Below the pieces are notes generated by a model. The model was not told the origin of the DNA and searched no databases. It saw nothing but the letters and a program-made list of their open reading frames with translations. Both the position numbers and the translations under genes were made by a program. From Macrostomum lignano (Eukaryota): a stretch of 64,000 nucleotides of DNA. Location of the stretch: contig NIVC01003072.1 of the NCBI GenBank assembly GCA_002269645.1, positions 57,336 to 121,335 on the forward strand, read 5' to 3'. How positions within the stretch are numbered: the stretch's first letter is position 1; the number at the start of each line of letters is the position of its first letter. Positions 11,401-21,533 of the stretch are shown here, piece by piece.

Positions 11401-14400
11401 TCGCTTAGCAACTCAATAGCGAGAATGTAGGCCTGATCTAGCCATCGAATATAAGAGCCGTAGCATTCAGTCTGTTCGATGACGTCATTGGCCAAGGCAA
11501 AGGCTCGTTTGGGATTGCCGGCGGCTCGGTGCAGCCTTTAGAGATTAAAAAGTATTAAAATTATTGAATCTCAATTAGATGACCCAAGTTTACCAAAAGA
11601 TTGACAGACTCATGCAGGGATTAACAGACTTAAAATCCCAGGCTCAAAATCTCAGACTCAAAACCTCACAGACTCAAAATCTCACAGACTCAAATCTTAC
11701 AGAATCAAAGTCTCACAGAATCAAAATCTCAAAGGCTCAAATCTCAGAGACTCAAAATCTCAGACTCAAAATCTCAGACTCAAAATCTCACAGACTCAAA
11801 ATCTCACACTCACTCAAAATCTCACACTCAAAATCTCACAGACTCAAAATCACCCAGACTCAAAATCTCACATACTCAAAATCACCCAGACTCAAAATCT
11901 CAAAGACTCAAAATCACCCAGACTCAAAATCTCACCGACTCAAAATCTCAGACTCCAAATCCCAGACTCCAAACCTCACAGACTCAAACTCTCCCAGATT
12001 CAAAATCACCCAGACTCAAAATCTGACAGACTCAAAATCTCACAGACTCAAAATCTCACAGACTCAAAATCTCAGAATAAAAAATCTGACAAACAAAAAA
12101 TGACCCACTTAGCCAACTGGAGTTTAGCTCTGAGCAGCAGGTGCCCTTGAGCTGGCTGGCTGTCAATCAGCGCTTCTAGAGCTTCATCAGCCAGCCGCTC
12201 AGCCTCCGGACGGTACTCCCCCGAAGGCACATCGGCCAGAAGTCTGCCCAGACAGATTCTGGCTTGCACAGCAGCCGGACTGTGCCGACCGATGGTATTC
12301 GAGAAAATTTCAACAGATTTTCTACCGAATTCGATGGCGACTTGAAGAAGTTCAACTGGCAGCATGGCGGGGTTCGCTAGGCGAGCAGCTTGGGCTAAAT
12401 TAGTCATCAAGGAGGCAGCGTTGGGATGCTGAGATGCCGACTCGCCAGAGCTCATTCTGACTGCGGCTAGAGAGGCTTCCACGTGAGCGACAACTTCTTG
12501 GGGCTCCGCAATTGCACCCTGACCGCGGCGGCTGCGATGACGGAGCCGGAGAAGGTGCGCCAACGACAGGTGCGACTGGACTTCGGCTAGTAGCGGGTGC
12601 TGGTAGCCCAGGATGAGCTGAGCGAATAAAGATGCGTTCTGGAATTTGATGGATAGGAAATTTATTAAATTTTATAAGAATGAGGTGAGAATTAGCCTTA
12701 GAAACGGAATTGATTTTTCCTAGAAAGAGAGAATAAGTTTCCTATAGAATGAGATCCAATTTTTACGAAAAGAACGAAGTTTTTTAGCTGATGCGATATT
12801 TTCTAAGAATTAGGTGTAATCTAAAAATTATATTTTGTTAGAACAGAACGACATTGGCGGAATTAGTTGGATTGATGTTAGCATTCGTCAGCAAATGAAA
12901 TCAGTGGTTCCTTTGTTTATTGGTGTATTAGGAACGAATAAAGAAAAAGGGGAAGATAAAGATATGACGATGCGCCTGCCGTATATTTATAGATATGACT
13001 TGGTTTTCGAGAAAGTTCTAAAAATATTTTCTACAGTATAACAAATTTAACGTGCTGATTAATTTACAGATAATTACACAGATATTTACTATGCTATATC
13101 CAGGACGTTTACTATACTATTTACTATAGTACATAATTTAGTATTCATTAATAAATGCTTGAAACTAGCTCGTAGAATATTATTAGGTGAAGATAAACTT
13201 CTGCAAAGATCGCGACATTTGGATTTGTGCATGGTTTCTAGAATGTTAGATTAATACGGTTAATGAAAGTTTCTCGAACGAAGGGCGGTACAATGTCAAA
13301 TCGATTCTTATTTAAAATTTACATCGGACTATCTTAAGATACTGACATGGTTTTTAAACCATGAGATACTTAAGATTGCACCGAATTACTTACTTAAAAG
13401 CTAAAAAAATTACACTAAAATAACTATTACTTAAAAAAACTAAATTTTCTGACTTTGGTTTGTTTCCTTCTTAGAATGACATCGTATAAATTTCGATACA
13501 GTAAAAATAAAATTCGTTTTTCATACATATGAGACCAAATAGTTTTCTAGGGATGTTAGAGAGATATTTCCAAACACTAGAAAATAAAACTTTGCACACC
13601 CGTGACCAAACTTACCACAGCAACTTCGACTCCAAAATCATCTTGACAGAAAGCGTTTGAAAATTTGACAAAGTTTAACAACGACTTGATGTATTCCGGC
13701 GATTCTGTTTTGTAAAATTTGCTGAAATAATAATAAATTAAAATTTATGTTAATATTAAGTCAAGCGGGTATGGAAATTACAAAAAAGTACTTACTAAGC
13801 ATGCTGTACGCAAGCAACAGCTAATTTTTCCGCTTTTCCTTCATCGGAATTTGTTAGGTAAAGTTGCAAAGCGTGGTAGAGAATTTTGAAGACGGCCTCT
13901 GTATCATTAAGATCCACAGTCTAAAATTGATATTTTATAAAATTTTCCAAGTATAAAAGAAATCTTTTCTATATTCGCTCAAGAGACGACTCAATTTATG
14001 TATAATTACCATAATTTAAATTCAATAAAAGTCTTTTTAATTTAAATTTTTACTTACTATTTTTCGTTTTTTTATTATTATATATTAAAAAACGTAAGAA
14101 AAAAATAAATATAACTAAATATTTAATAGAGCTATTGATCATTTAAAACTATAAGTAAAACAAATAATAATGAATCCTGTTTAATAAAAGAAAACTCTGC
14201 AGGCCCGCACTGGCAAATAATTAATCAATTAATATTCTTATGCTTGCATATTCTAAAAAATCTAAAAACAAATTAGCATGCACTCACCGAGATGGCGCTA
14301 CCAAAAGCACCCAACGCGGACGCCAGGCTACCCTGGTCCAGCAGCATCCGACCAATCTGTGCCTGCAGCAGGGCCTGGTTGTCCATCACTTTTTGGCCAA

Positions 14401-17246
14401 ACGACAAGCGGTTGATTCTGGCCGCCGTGGCCTGGGCCGCCTGACTGGCAGCGTCGGCCAGCTGGTAGTCGGCGTTGTTGAGCCTGGCTTCCATCAGCCT
14501 GACGCTGGCGCGGTAGGTTGGCAGCAGGGCTTCCACGCAGTCGCCGCCGAACCTTTTCAAGGAGATTAGTGAGAGTTATATACAGTCGCTTGTGTCACAG
14601 AGACTATGGTGGCTTTGTGTGTCACATGGATGTAATAAAATGGCAACATGGCCATACATGTGCAACACCCTGGCGAGGGGCTTAGCCAAGGTAAGTCACA
14701 AAAATGCCAACCCAAAAATAGACATAGCACTAATTAGGTACTGAGACATTTAGCCTTAAAAATCAAGTCATAGTTACTCCTGCCGTTTACCCAAAATTTT
14801 GTTAATTTTAGCACAAAAGCCCCAAATGAATGTCACCGTCAGTCATAGTCATCGGATGTTGTGATGGAATTATTTTATCACTAGATCGCCGAGCGTTACA
14901 CTAACAACGTGTGAAACAAGTTTTACTTCAGACAGCTCAGATACTTAAGCAGCCTCACCTATTCAGATAGTCGCACAAAGACCCGGCAACTGTCTCGCAC
15001 TCTCTAAACAGATTGACTCCGGCCAGAAAGTCGAACAGTCGGCCGGCCAAATTTGCCAGCTTAGTAGCCGCGTACCGCGACCATCCACCGTCGGTGAAAA
15101 GTCGTCGACCGTCCGGCCCGGTAGATAAGTTAGCAAACGCGGTTGCTATGGCGTTGCCAAGGCTAGGCGCATCGGCTAGTAAGTATTTATAAGCCAGATG
15201 ACGCTTGCGAATGTCGCACAGCAGACGGTGCAGCGGCGAAATGAAGCAGACCAGCATGAGTCGTTCGGGATTGGCCGAACCGGCGGCTTGCAAGGCGAAC
15301 TCGTCGGCGGTTCGCAGTCGCGACAGGCATCGACGCTCGTGCTTGGCCGCGGAGCGACCGCTGCCGCCGTTAGCTGTCCAGGCTTCGTAAGTTCGAGCCA
15401 GGTGCTCGGGCAAGTCCTCCGGTAGGCGACTCAATCGAATAGACGGATTGGCTTCGAGCTGACTCAGTCTGGACTTGGCCGCCGAGCGTAGCGCCTTCCA
15501 ACGCTGACGATGCTCTGCAGACGTCGGATCGTCTTCTTGAGGTTGAATCGGCGGCAGCGGCGGCTGCTGCTGCTGCTGCTCAGAGTGTTGCATTGAGTCT
15601 GTGGAACTCGATTTCAGATTGGCTAGATTTGTGCTGTCTAGAAAGTCAACCAGGATTTGATGATTCCGAGCGGTGGTGGCGTCGACGGTGGATGTTGCCG
15701 ATAGAGACGTCCTGGGTAGGTGACGGGACTTTGCTTCTAGATCGCTTGCTCTAGAGGTTCCTCTGGTGTGGATTAGATCTAGAGGGCGATTCTCTGGTGC
15801 AGATTAGATCTAGAGGGCGATTCTCTGGTGCAGATTAGATCTAGAGGGCGATTCTCTGGTGCAGATTAAATGTAGAGGGCGATTCTCTGGTGCAGATTAA
15901 ATGTAGAGGGCCATTCTCTGGTGTAGATTAGATCTAGAGGGCCATTCTCTGGTGTAGATTAGATCTAGAGGGCCATTCTCTGGTCCAGATTAGATCTAGG
16001 GGGCTGGTTTTCAGAATAGAGATTCGAGGGCGATTCTCAGAACAGAGATTTGAGGGCGATTCTCAGAACAGAGATTTGAGGGCGATTCTCAGAATAGAGA
16101 TTCGAGGGCGATTCTCAGAATAGAGATTCGAGGGCGATTCTCAGAATAGAGATTCGAGGGCGATTCTCAGAATAGAGATTCGAGGGCGATTCTCAGAATA
16201 GAGATTTGAGGGCGATTCTCAGAATAGAGATTCGAAGAACAGAAGGGCGTTCATTCGGCAATACTTGCAGCTCACATTCCCACCTGAACTTGTTGTACCA
16301 CTGGGTGCTGGGATCCTTGCTGGGCAGCATGTCAAGCAGCATTCGCGTCTTCTCAGACCTGTTGGCACCGCGGGACACGAAGCGAACATCGGTGTCGCTG
16401 AGAATACCTTCACGTCTCAGGTAATCAACCACGGGATCTACATTGAGCTGCTGTACAAGGCAGACTCGATTGACGCGAAGTCGAAGAACATTTTGGGCCT
16501 CTCGTTGGCTCACTGAGCTGACGCGGTCTTGCACAGATCTTGATTTGGGTTTTGAATGCAAAAATAGCTTTTTTTCAAAGACTTCTTTCATTTTAATTTT
16601 GATAGCCATGCAAAGCAAAATGTCTAACTTTTAATTTAGTTTTCTATGCTAAATCATAATTAGAAAATTAGCTTTAAGTGCATAATTTAAGAGGAAAAGT
16701 TAGAATTGATTTTCAGTAATTTTTATTCCTAAGAAGGTATGGCAGTTATTGATAAATAGCATAACAACCTAAAGCAAAGATATTAAACAAAATGCTATAA
16801 AAGCATTATTGCAATTATTAAAGCTATTACTGATAAAATAAAAAATCGATATACTATATATATTACCTAGTGACAATTAATATACAATTATATTTTAAAC
16901 CAGTTGACCAAAAGTAATATTAATAAGGTTTTTTGTTTAGCACATGCCATATGAATTCTGATGTTCTGCACTTAATGACTAGACAATGTTAGTAATGTAA
17001 ATTCTTCTTAAATGATGTACGAGCCTTTTAAAAGCAACAGTCGACAAATAAACAAAACATATGTCTAAAAATTAGATGTTTAGTAGAGAGGTAAAATTGA
17101 TCGCATACCTAGATAGATACCTACCGACAAACCATTTTTATTATATGGAGTACACGAATATCTTAAAATGAAAAACATTGAAGATTAGATTACCTCGAAG
17201 AAGCGTTACCAACTTTCTCTTGCAAAGTTGGAAAATTTCTGCTCAT
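3904..17246 (-). CDS. Multi-exon gene: CARD - helical/TPR region - four tandem Rab-like GTPase domains (~1800 aa)
   Basis: Hand-spliced exons (minus strand): 17246-17194, 16538-16284, 15711-14959, 14552-14288, 13920-13796, 13721-13616, 12638-12109, 11535-11128, 10772-10675, 10578-10398, 10150-9830, 9237-9128, 9047-8867, 8522-8196, 7941-7778, 7028-6848, 6143-5587, 5400-5226, 4516-3904. All introns are GT-AG and all phases match. The total is 5403 nt (1800 aa + stop) with no internal stop. Confidence 0.85.
4545..5180. repeat. ~18-bp intronic minisatellite (intron 18)
   Basis: GCACCCACCTCACTCCCT tandem copies; explains the spurious His/Pro-rich ORFs here. Confidence 0.9.
5587..7028 (-). CDS. 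Rab-like GTPase domain 3 (exons 16-17) plus linker
   Basis: [17 protein letters not shown] / PTIGVDF / [19 protein letters not shown] / VANKSD / GVSARTG. Confidence 0.92.
6190..6360. repeat. 14-bp minisatellite
   Basis: CCAGGTGTTATGAT tandem copies. Confidence 0.85.
6413..6680. mobile_element. hAT-type MITE, copy A (268 bp)
   Basis: Imperfect 14-bp TIRs CATAAATGGGCAAC...GTTGCGCATGTATG, flanked by a perfect 8-bp TSD GCCTAGAT (6405-6412, 6681-6688). The internal sequence is homologous to 9243-9540. Confidence 0.85.
7075..7735. repeat. ~16-bp intronic minisatellite related to the 4545-5180 array
   Basis: CGCACCCACCTCACTC core. Confidence 0.9.
8196..9047 (-). CDS. Rab-like GTPase domain 2 (exons 13-14); catalytic Gln replaced by Ala
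   Basis: [17 protein letters not shown] / QTIGVEF / [19 protein letters not shown] / VANKSD / GVSARTG. Confidence 0.92.
8560..8825. repeat. ~22-bp minisatellite
   Basis: TCTAACAGGTGTGAGGCCTCTG tandem copies. Confidence 0.85.
9243..9540. mobile_element. hAT-type MITE, copy B (298 bp), inserted at a splice acceptor
   Basis: TIRs CATACATGTGCAAC / GTTGCGCATGTATG (13/14 match); perfect 8-bp TSD AATCTGTG at 9235-9242 and 9541-9548. Confidence 0.9.
9590..9790. repeat. 21-bp minisatellite
   Basis: GTGTTGCTATGCGAGACTAGC tandem copies. Confidence 0.9.
9830..10578 (-). CDS. Rab-like GTPase domain 1 (exons 10-11)
   Basis: [16 protein letters not shown] / PTIGVDF / [19 protein letters not shown] / VANKSD / GVSARTG. 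Confidence 0.92.
10160..10380. repeat. Degenerate tandem repeat in intron 10
   Basis: Recurring GACAAGTGTACAT...GGGGTAGAGATTGAATGGG. Confidence 0.6.
10810..11040. repeat. 21-bp minisatellite
   Basis: AGACACGTTCTTAACCGAACC, about 10 copies. Confidence 0.9.
11128..14552 (-). CDS. Exons 4-8: TPR-like helical repeats (kinesin-light-chain/TPR_10-12 type)
   Basis: Recurring HP..A....L motifs: [80 protein letters not shown]. The region is Ala/Leu-rich and helical in character. Confidence 0.7.
11640..12075. repeat. ~16-bp minisatellite
   Basis: CAGACTCAAAATCTCA tandem copies. Confidence 0.9.
14653..14815. mobile_element. Truncated third copy of the same hAT MITE family, inverted orientation
   Basis: Starts with TIR CATACATGTGCAAC. 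The internal GTCATAGTTACTCCTGCCGTTTACCCAAAA is the reverse complement of GGGTAAACGGCAGGAGTAAC(C/T)ATGAC in copies A and B. No second TIR seen. Confidence 0.7.
15770..16240. repeat. Compound minisatellite: 31-bp units changing to 26-bp units that share GAGGGCGATTCTC
   Basis: TAGAGGGCGATTCTCTGGTGCAGATTAGATC followed by GAGGGCGATTCTCAGAATAGAGATTC. Confidence 0.85.
16284..16538 (-). CDS. Exon 2: CARD (death-fold) domain, completed by the start of exon 3
   Basis: [67 protein letters not shown]|RTSLSAT...HQILVDFL matches the CARD pattern (LV..L.V..V.DYL...GIL; EK.R.LLD.LP.K). Confidence 0.85.
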
Positions 17247-17646
17247 TTCCTCTTAAAAAGTATCTAGTAGTCTTATTTTTAAACACACGCAAAGTATCCA
17301 AAATTGCTAGACTACCTTACAGTCCGTGAGCTATAGATCATTCTTGGGTCTTATTAAACTTGAAATCGTTACCCCAAACAAAAAAATACTTACATAAATT
17401 TGTTCTATTTTCAATCTGTTATATCAAAAAACTTTTTATTTATTTGATACTTGCGCTATTACTATAGAATTAAGGGCGAAGTAATTTTGTTCAGAAGATT
17501 TTGTTTTACTTGTTGTAGCTAATAGTGTCGCTCCTATTCAGTTTAAAATTTGAATATGTTTTCGGCTATATACAAAATCAAATCATCGGTTTGATCTATA
17601 CCAGCGTCTTTGTATTTTCCTACTGACAAGAGAAGCAAAGCTCCTA
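17247..17646. promoter_or_regulatory. Putative bidirectional promoter (400 bp between divergent ATGs)
   Basis: Lies between the ATG of the CARD-Rab gene (17246, minus) and the ATG of CFAP90 (17647, plus). Inferred from geometry only. Confidence 0.5.
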
Positions 17647-18550
17647 ATGGAAGAAGAGCAAAGCGATTTTGTTATTCCCGTAAAGACGGATACTGACGAA
17701 TTCGTCTTGCGAGGTCGCCCTTGCGAGCTTTCCTCATTTTCTTTTGTCCCTCCAGAGCGCCATGCACCGAGGGAACGTACATATTTCAACGTAGATAAAA
17801 ATTTAAGATTTTGCCACTAGTATGAAAGTAGCTTCCAGACCATATATAAGCATTTTACATGCCCAGCTGTCCTAAAGTAATACTGGCTTAAACCCTCTAA
17901 AGTTAGAACAGACAAAATAATATAGAGTTGGTAATTTTTTTGTCAGTTTTAAGTGCTTTAATTTTATTTTAAAACCCACGAGACTTTGAAAATAGATTAT
18001 ATATAAATAAAGGAAAGGCGAAATTGAAGACTACAACTACCTTAGATGCAGCGCAGTATACAGTAAAAATAGATTAAAATTTCAATACATTTCCTCTCTC
18101 ACCCTAGCTATTGCCTTTACCGCCCATCCCACAGGAACGCTACTCGGCCTATGGCTACGATAGGATTTTTCACCAGGAGCGCGATTTCAATGCCAAGCTG
18201 CACAGAGACGACAGGGAGCATGCAAAGTCTCAAGGCCTCCAAGTGCATCAGGAGGTAATTTAAATGTTTTGTAACGGCTAGTAGTGAACTTTATAAGTTC
18301 AAAACATTTACACTGCAAATAATTACATTTTAACGGCTTGGTACGTTGATGATCCGTTTTAACACGGTTCCTGGATATAACGATATTTCCAGGAAATTTC
18401 AAAGCCGGTACCGACTCTCTACTCGTCTGTGTACGGCAAGCGGCTATCGAATCAGCTGGACCCCCGGATCGGGCGCATTGCCGCATCGGCATCGTTCAGT
18501 CCGAGTTCTACAGGCGAAACGGCACAGAGATCAATGGGCACAAGGCGTAG
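17647..18550 (+). CDS. CFAP90: CFAP90/C5orf49 homolog, 3 exons, apparent 1-nt frameshift in exon 3
   Basis: Exons 17647-17790, 18135-18254 and 18393-18550 read MEEEQSDF...LRGRPCELSSFSFVPPERHAPRERTYFN|ERYSAYGYDRIFHQERDFNAKLHRDDREHAKSQGLQVHQE|EISKPVPTLYSSVYGKRL. After a shift at the C5 run (18461-18465) it continues DRAHCRIGIVQSEFYRRNG...*. KLHRDDREHAKS and SSVYGKR are the conserved C5orf49 motifs. Confidence 0.88.
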
Positions 18551-20159
18551 ATTAAGGTTCAAACGCTCAACTATATTTATTAATTAATAATTACAGCAAC
18601 GAAATTTTCTCTTTCCTTAATTCTATTCTTGTTATAATAAGCCAACAGTTTATTGTTTAATTATATTGCTAAATAATGTTTGATAGAGTTCATGGCGTGT
18701 TCCCGTATGGAACTGGATTTGAACTGTTCTAATATGCGAAATAAACAAATACATGTCCACGTATCTTTGTTCTTTTGCATTCCTAATGAGATGAGTTCAA
18801 CTTTTATTGTCTTCATTATTTAGTTTAACGTACATCTGTACATGTACAGAACGAAAAGGACGAAATCCAGCATTCTGATGCCGTAGTTTTTTTATCTTGT
18901 TAGCTGCCCGCTGAGTTGCAGATGGCCCGTCGCTGGAGGTCACCCCCACTTTCCTTTTCTTCACAGGACGGCTCTTTCAGTTCAGTGTTGTCACTCTGAG
19001 TGCCAATACTGAGAAATCCCCCAGCCGGTTCGTCTTGGTCACGCACTGCCGCCGTGCTCGCTCGGACAAAATCTGCTTCCATCGCTGCATCTTGATGAAG
19101 GCATATTCTGATTGCCGCAGTGAAGTCTCATTGTCTGCAAGTTAAAAATATTGTGTTCTGAATTCCTGGGATTGTAACTCCAACTGTGCCCCCCAAGCGC
19201 CAACCTAAAGGGTGAAATGGATCTTTTTGGCGCCGAGTGCCATTTTTTATGCCCTGTTGGATCTTTCAAGAGGAGTAGAATAATGAGGGGTAATATATAG
19301 GGTGACACACAACAGAGGGTCGCGTCTCGGTGGGGGTGGGTGGAGCGAGCCAATCAAATGTGATTCCCGCGGGAATGACCCGTGGGAATCCCGCGGGAAA
19401 TCAGTTCCTAATTCCCGTGGCCATGACTGTACACTGTAAATCGTAAAAATAACAGCGATTATTGATAAGAGTATCAATAATTCCTATACAGTATTCGCCC
19501 ACTATAAGCAAAATTCTCGTTGTATTTATATTAAGTTATAATTTAAATCCATCATATATATTAATGGACAACTGAAGTATTAAAAATAATTTTACGTTTG
19601 CAAACAAAAGATAAGATTTTTTTGTTAATTTAATACAAACGTAAGAGAACATATTGATTTTCAAGTCCCAAAAATTGTTTATTAAGAATGAAAAACCCAA
19701 GTAGGGTCTGTATACTTATACGGCCAGTTTATGCCTGTAAATATGCAGGATGCAGAAGCAGATTTTACCAAAAACCACAGAAGCAAACACAATAGAAAAA
19801 ACAATTCAACCAAAAAATATTGATTAATAGAACAATACCGATTGCCACAGTTTCAGTGAGTATTAATCTCACGTTTTTAGCAGCTTAGATACGCTTTGTG
19901 CAATTCATTGCAGCAAAAAGCCAAATAGTTACCAATGTACGATATTGCAATTGATCATTTATCCAAACGTGAAACAGAAAAATAAAATTAATAATAGAAT
20001 TTCAAGATCACTCAGGCTGGAATTGATGATCAGAAATAGATTATTTTTGAATGGGACAAACAGAACAGTTTATTATCAACAAAAGGCGTTCGTTTCAACT
20101 TGAGTAGGGCTGAGAGTGGCTTCCGTTACAAACAAGAGAAATGAGAGCTTTGAGAAATG

Positions 20160-20520
20160 AGAAATGAGATGCAGAACCTCAGGAGAGAGTGAGATAGGGA
20201 GATACTCGTAGTGAGTTGGGAAGATAGTGAGATGGGGAGATAGTGAGATGGGGAGATAGTGAGTTGGGGAGATGGGGAGATGGGGAGAGAGTGAGATGGG
20301 GAGAGAGTGAGATGGGGAGATAGAGATAGTGAGTTGGGGAGATGGGAAGATAGTGAGATGGGGAAAGAGTGAGATGGGGAGAGAGTGAGATGGGAAGATA
20401 GTGAGATGGGGAGATAGTGAGATGGGGAGATAGTGAGACGGGGAGAGAGTGAGATGGGGAGAAGATGGGGAGAGAGTGAGATGGGGAGAGAGTGAGACGG
20501 GGAGAGAGTGAGATTGGAAA
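20160..20520. repeat. Purine-rich ~16-bp minisatellite
   Basis: GAGATAGTGAGATGGG variants. Confidence 0.85.
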
Positions 20521-20593
20521 AGGTTTAGGAGAAGCTGGCTGGCCAAAAACGAGTCGGCTGCTCAAAGCTCCGATATGTAGAATCCCCTTGGTC

Positions 20594-21094
20594 TCAACGG
20601 AAGATCCTCATGCTGGCCGCCAGGCTGCTGAACTCCTCAAAGCTGATCTGACCGTCTCCGTCGGTGTCAGCGGCCGCCATCATCTGGTCGAGGTCGTGCT
20701 CGCTCAGGCCCTCCTCTAACAGGTCGTTCATCACGTGAGCCAGCTCAGCCCTGGAGATGAAGCCGTCCTTGTTTCTGTCCAGCAGCTCAAAAATTCGCTT
20801 CCTCTCGTCGACATCTTCATCTGTCGATGCCGATGTCGACTTGCCGTTGGCTTTCTCGGCGAAGGCGTCCATCATGGCTACGAACTCGGAGAATTCCAAC
20901 CGGCCGTTGGAGTTCTTGTCGAACTCGCGGATTAGCGAGTCGGCCTCAGCTCGGGTCAGGGCCTGCCCGGCAGACCGCATCAGCCTGACGAGTTCGCGAG
21001 CCTCAATCGCTCCGCTGCCATCGACATCGAATTTGTCGAACACTTCGCGTAGAATCTCCTGACTGACGGCCCCAGTGCCGCTCTGGTTGGACAT
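20594..21094 (-). CDS. Intronless calmodulin-like protein, 4 EF-hands (166 aa)
   Basis: EF loops DVDGSGAIEARE, DKNSNGRLEFSE, DRNKDGFISRAE and DTDGDGQISFEE. Confidence 0.93.
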   Translation of the reverse strand: MSNQSGTGAVSQEILREVFDKFDVDGSGAIEARELVRLMRSAGQALTRAEADSLIREFDKNSNGRLEFSEFVAMMDAFAEKANGKSTSASTDEDVDERKRIFELLDRNKDGFISRAELAHVMNDLLEEGLSEHDLDQMMAAADTDGDGQISFEEFSSLAASMRIFR

Positions 21095-21489
21095 TTCACA
21101 GCAGTGGCTGTCTGTCGATTTTTGTATTGCAGCGCCTTATCCGGCCGACTGGGAATGCAAATTGACGAGCAATTCTGCTGCCGCTCTGAAATATGCTGAG
21201 TGGAAGGCAGCTCTTGGCAGTGTTTTGAGCGCCGTGTTGGGGTTGGCCTGCAGCCAATGCTGCTTCTCAGCTCTGCGAGATGCGTTTGCCTCACCTCTCT
21301 GCAGCCTGTGACTGGTACACGCCTCTGCTACTCCTCCTGCATGCAGCTTCCAACTCGTCTCCGTCTGTTTCTCCCTCCCCTTGCAGCTGTTGCTCCCGCG
21401 GTAGCCTGTGACAGCTCTTCCCGCTGCCTGCCTGAGCCCTGCTTGACAGCCGCATTGTTGCTGGGGGGAGTTGGGGACTGCGAAGTACG

Positions 21490-21490
<1 letters not shown>

Positions 21491-21533
<43 letters not shown>
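21491..21533. repeat. (TATC)n microsatellite
   Basis: Direct reading. Confidence 0.95.

Noticed and set aside
17250-17640. RFX X-box upstream of CFAP90
   Set aside because: Only half-site-like matches (for example GTTACC near 17369); no full palindromic motif.
19247-19477. Signal-peptide-like ORF with FPR repeats, possibly a neuropeptide precursor
   Set aside because: It starts at TTG, has no dibasic or amidation pattern, and the repeats come from CCCGCGGGAA palindromic motifs that look more like a transposon end. No partner TIR was found, so neither call is supported.
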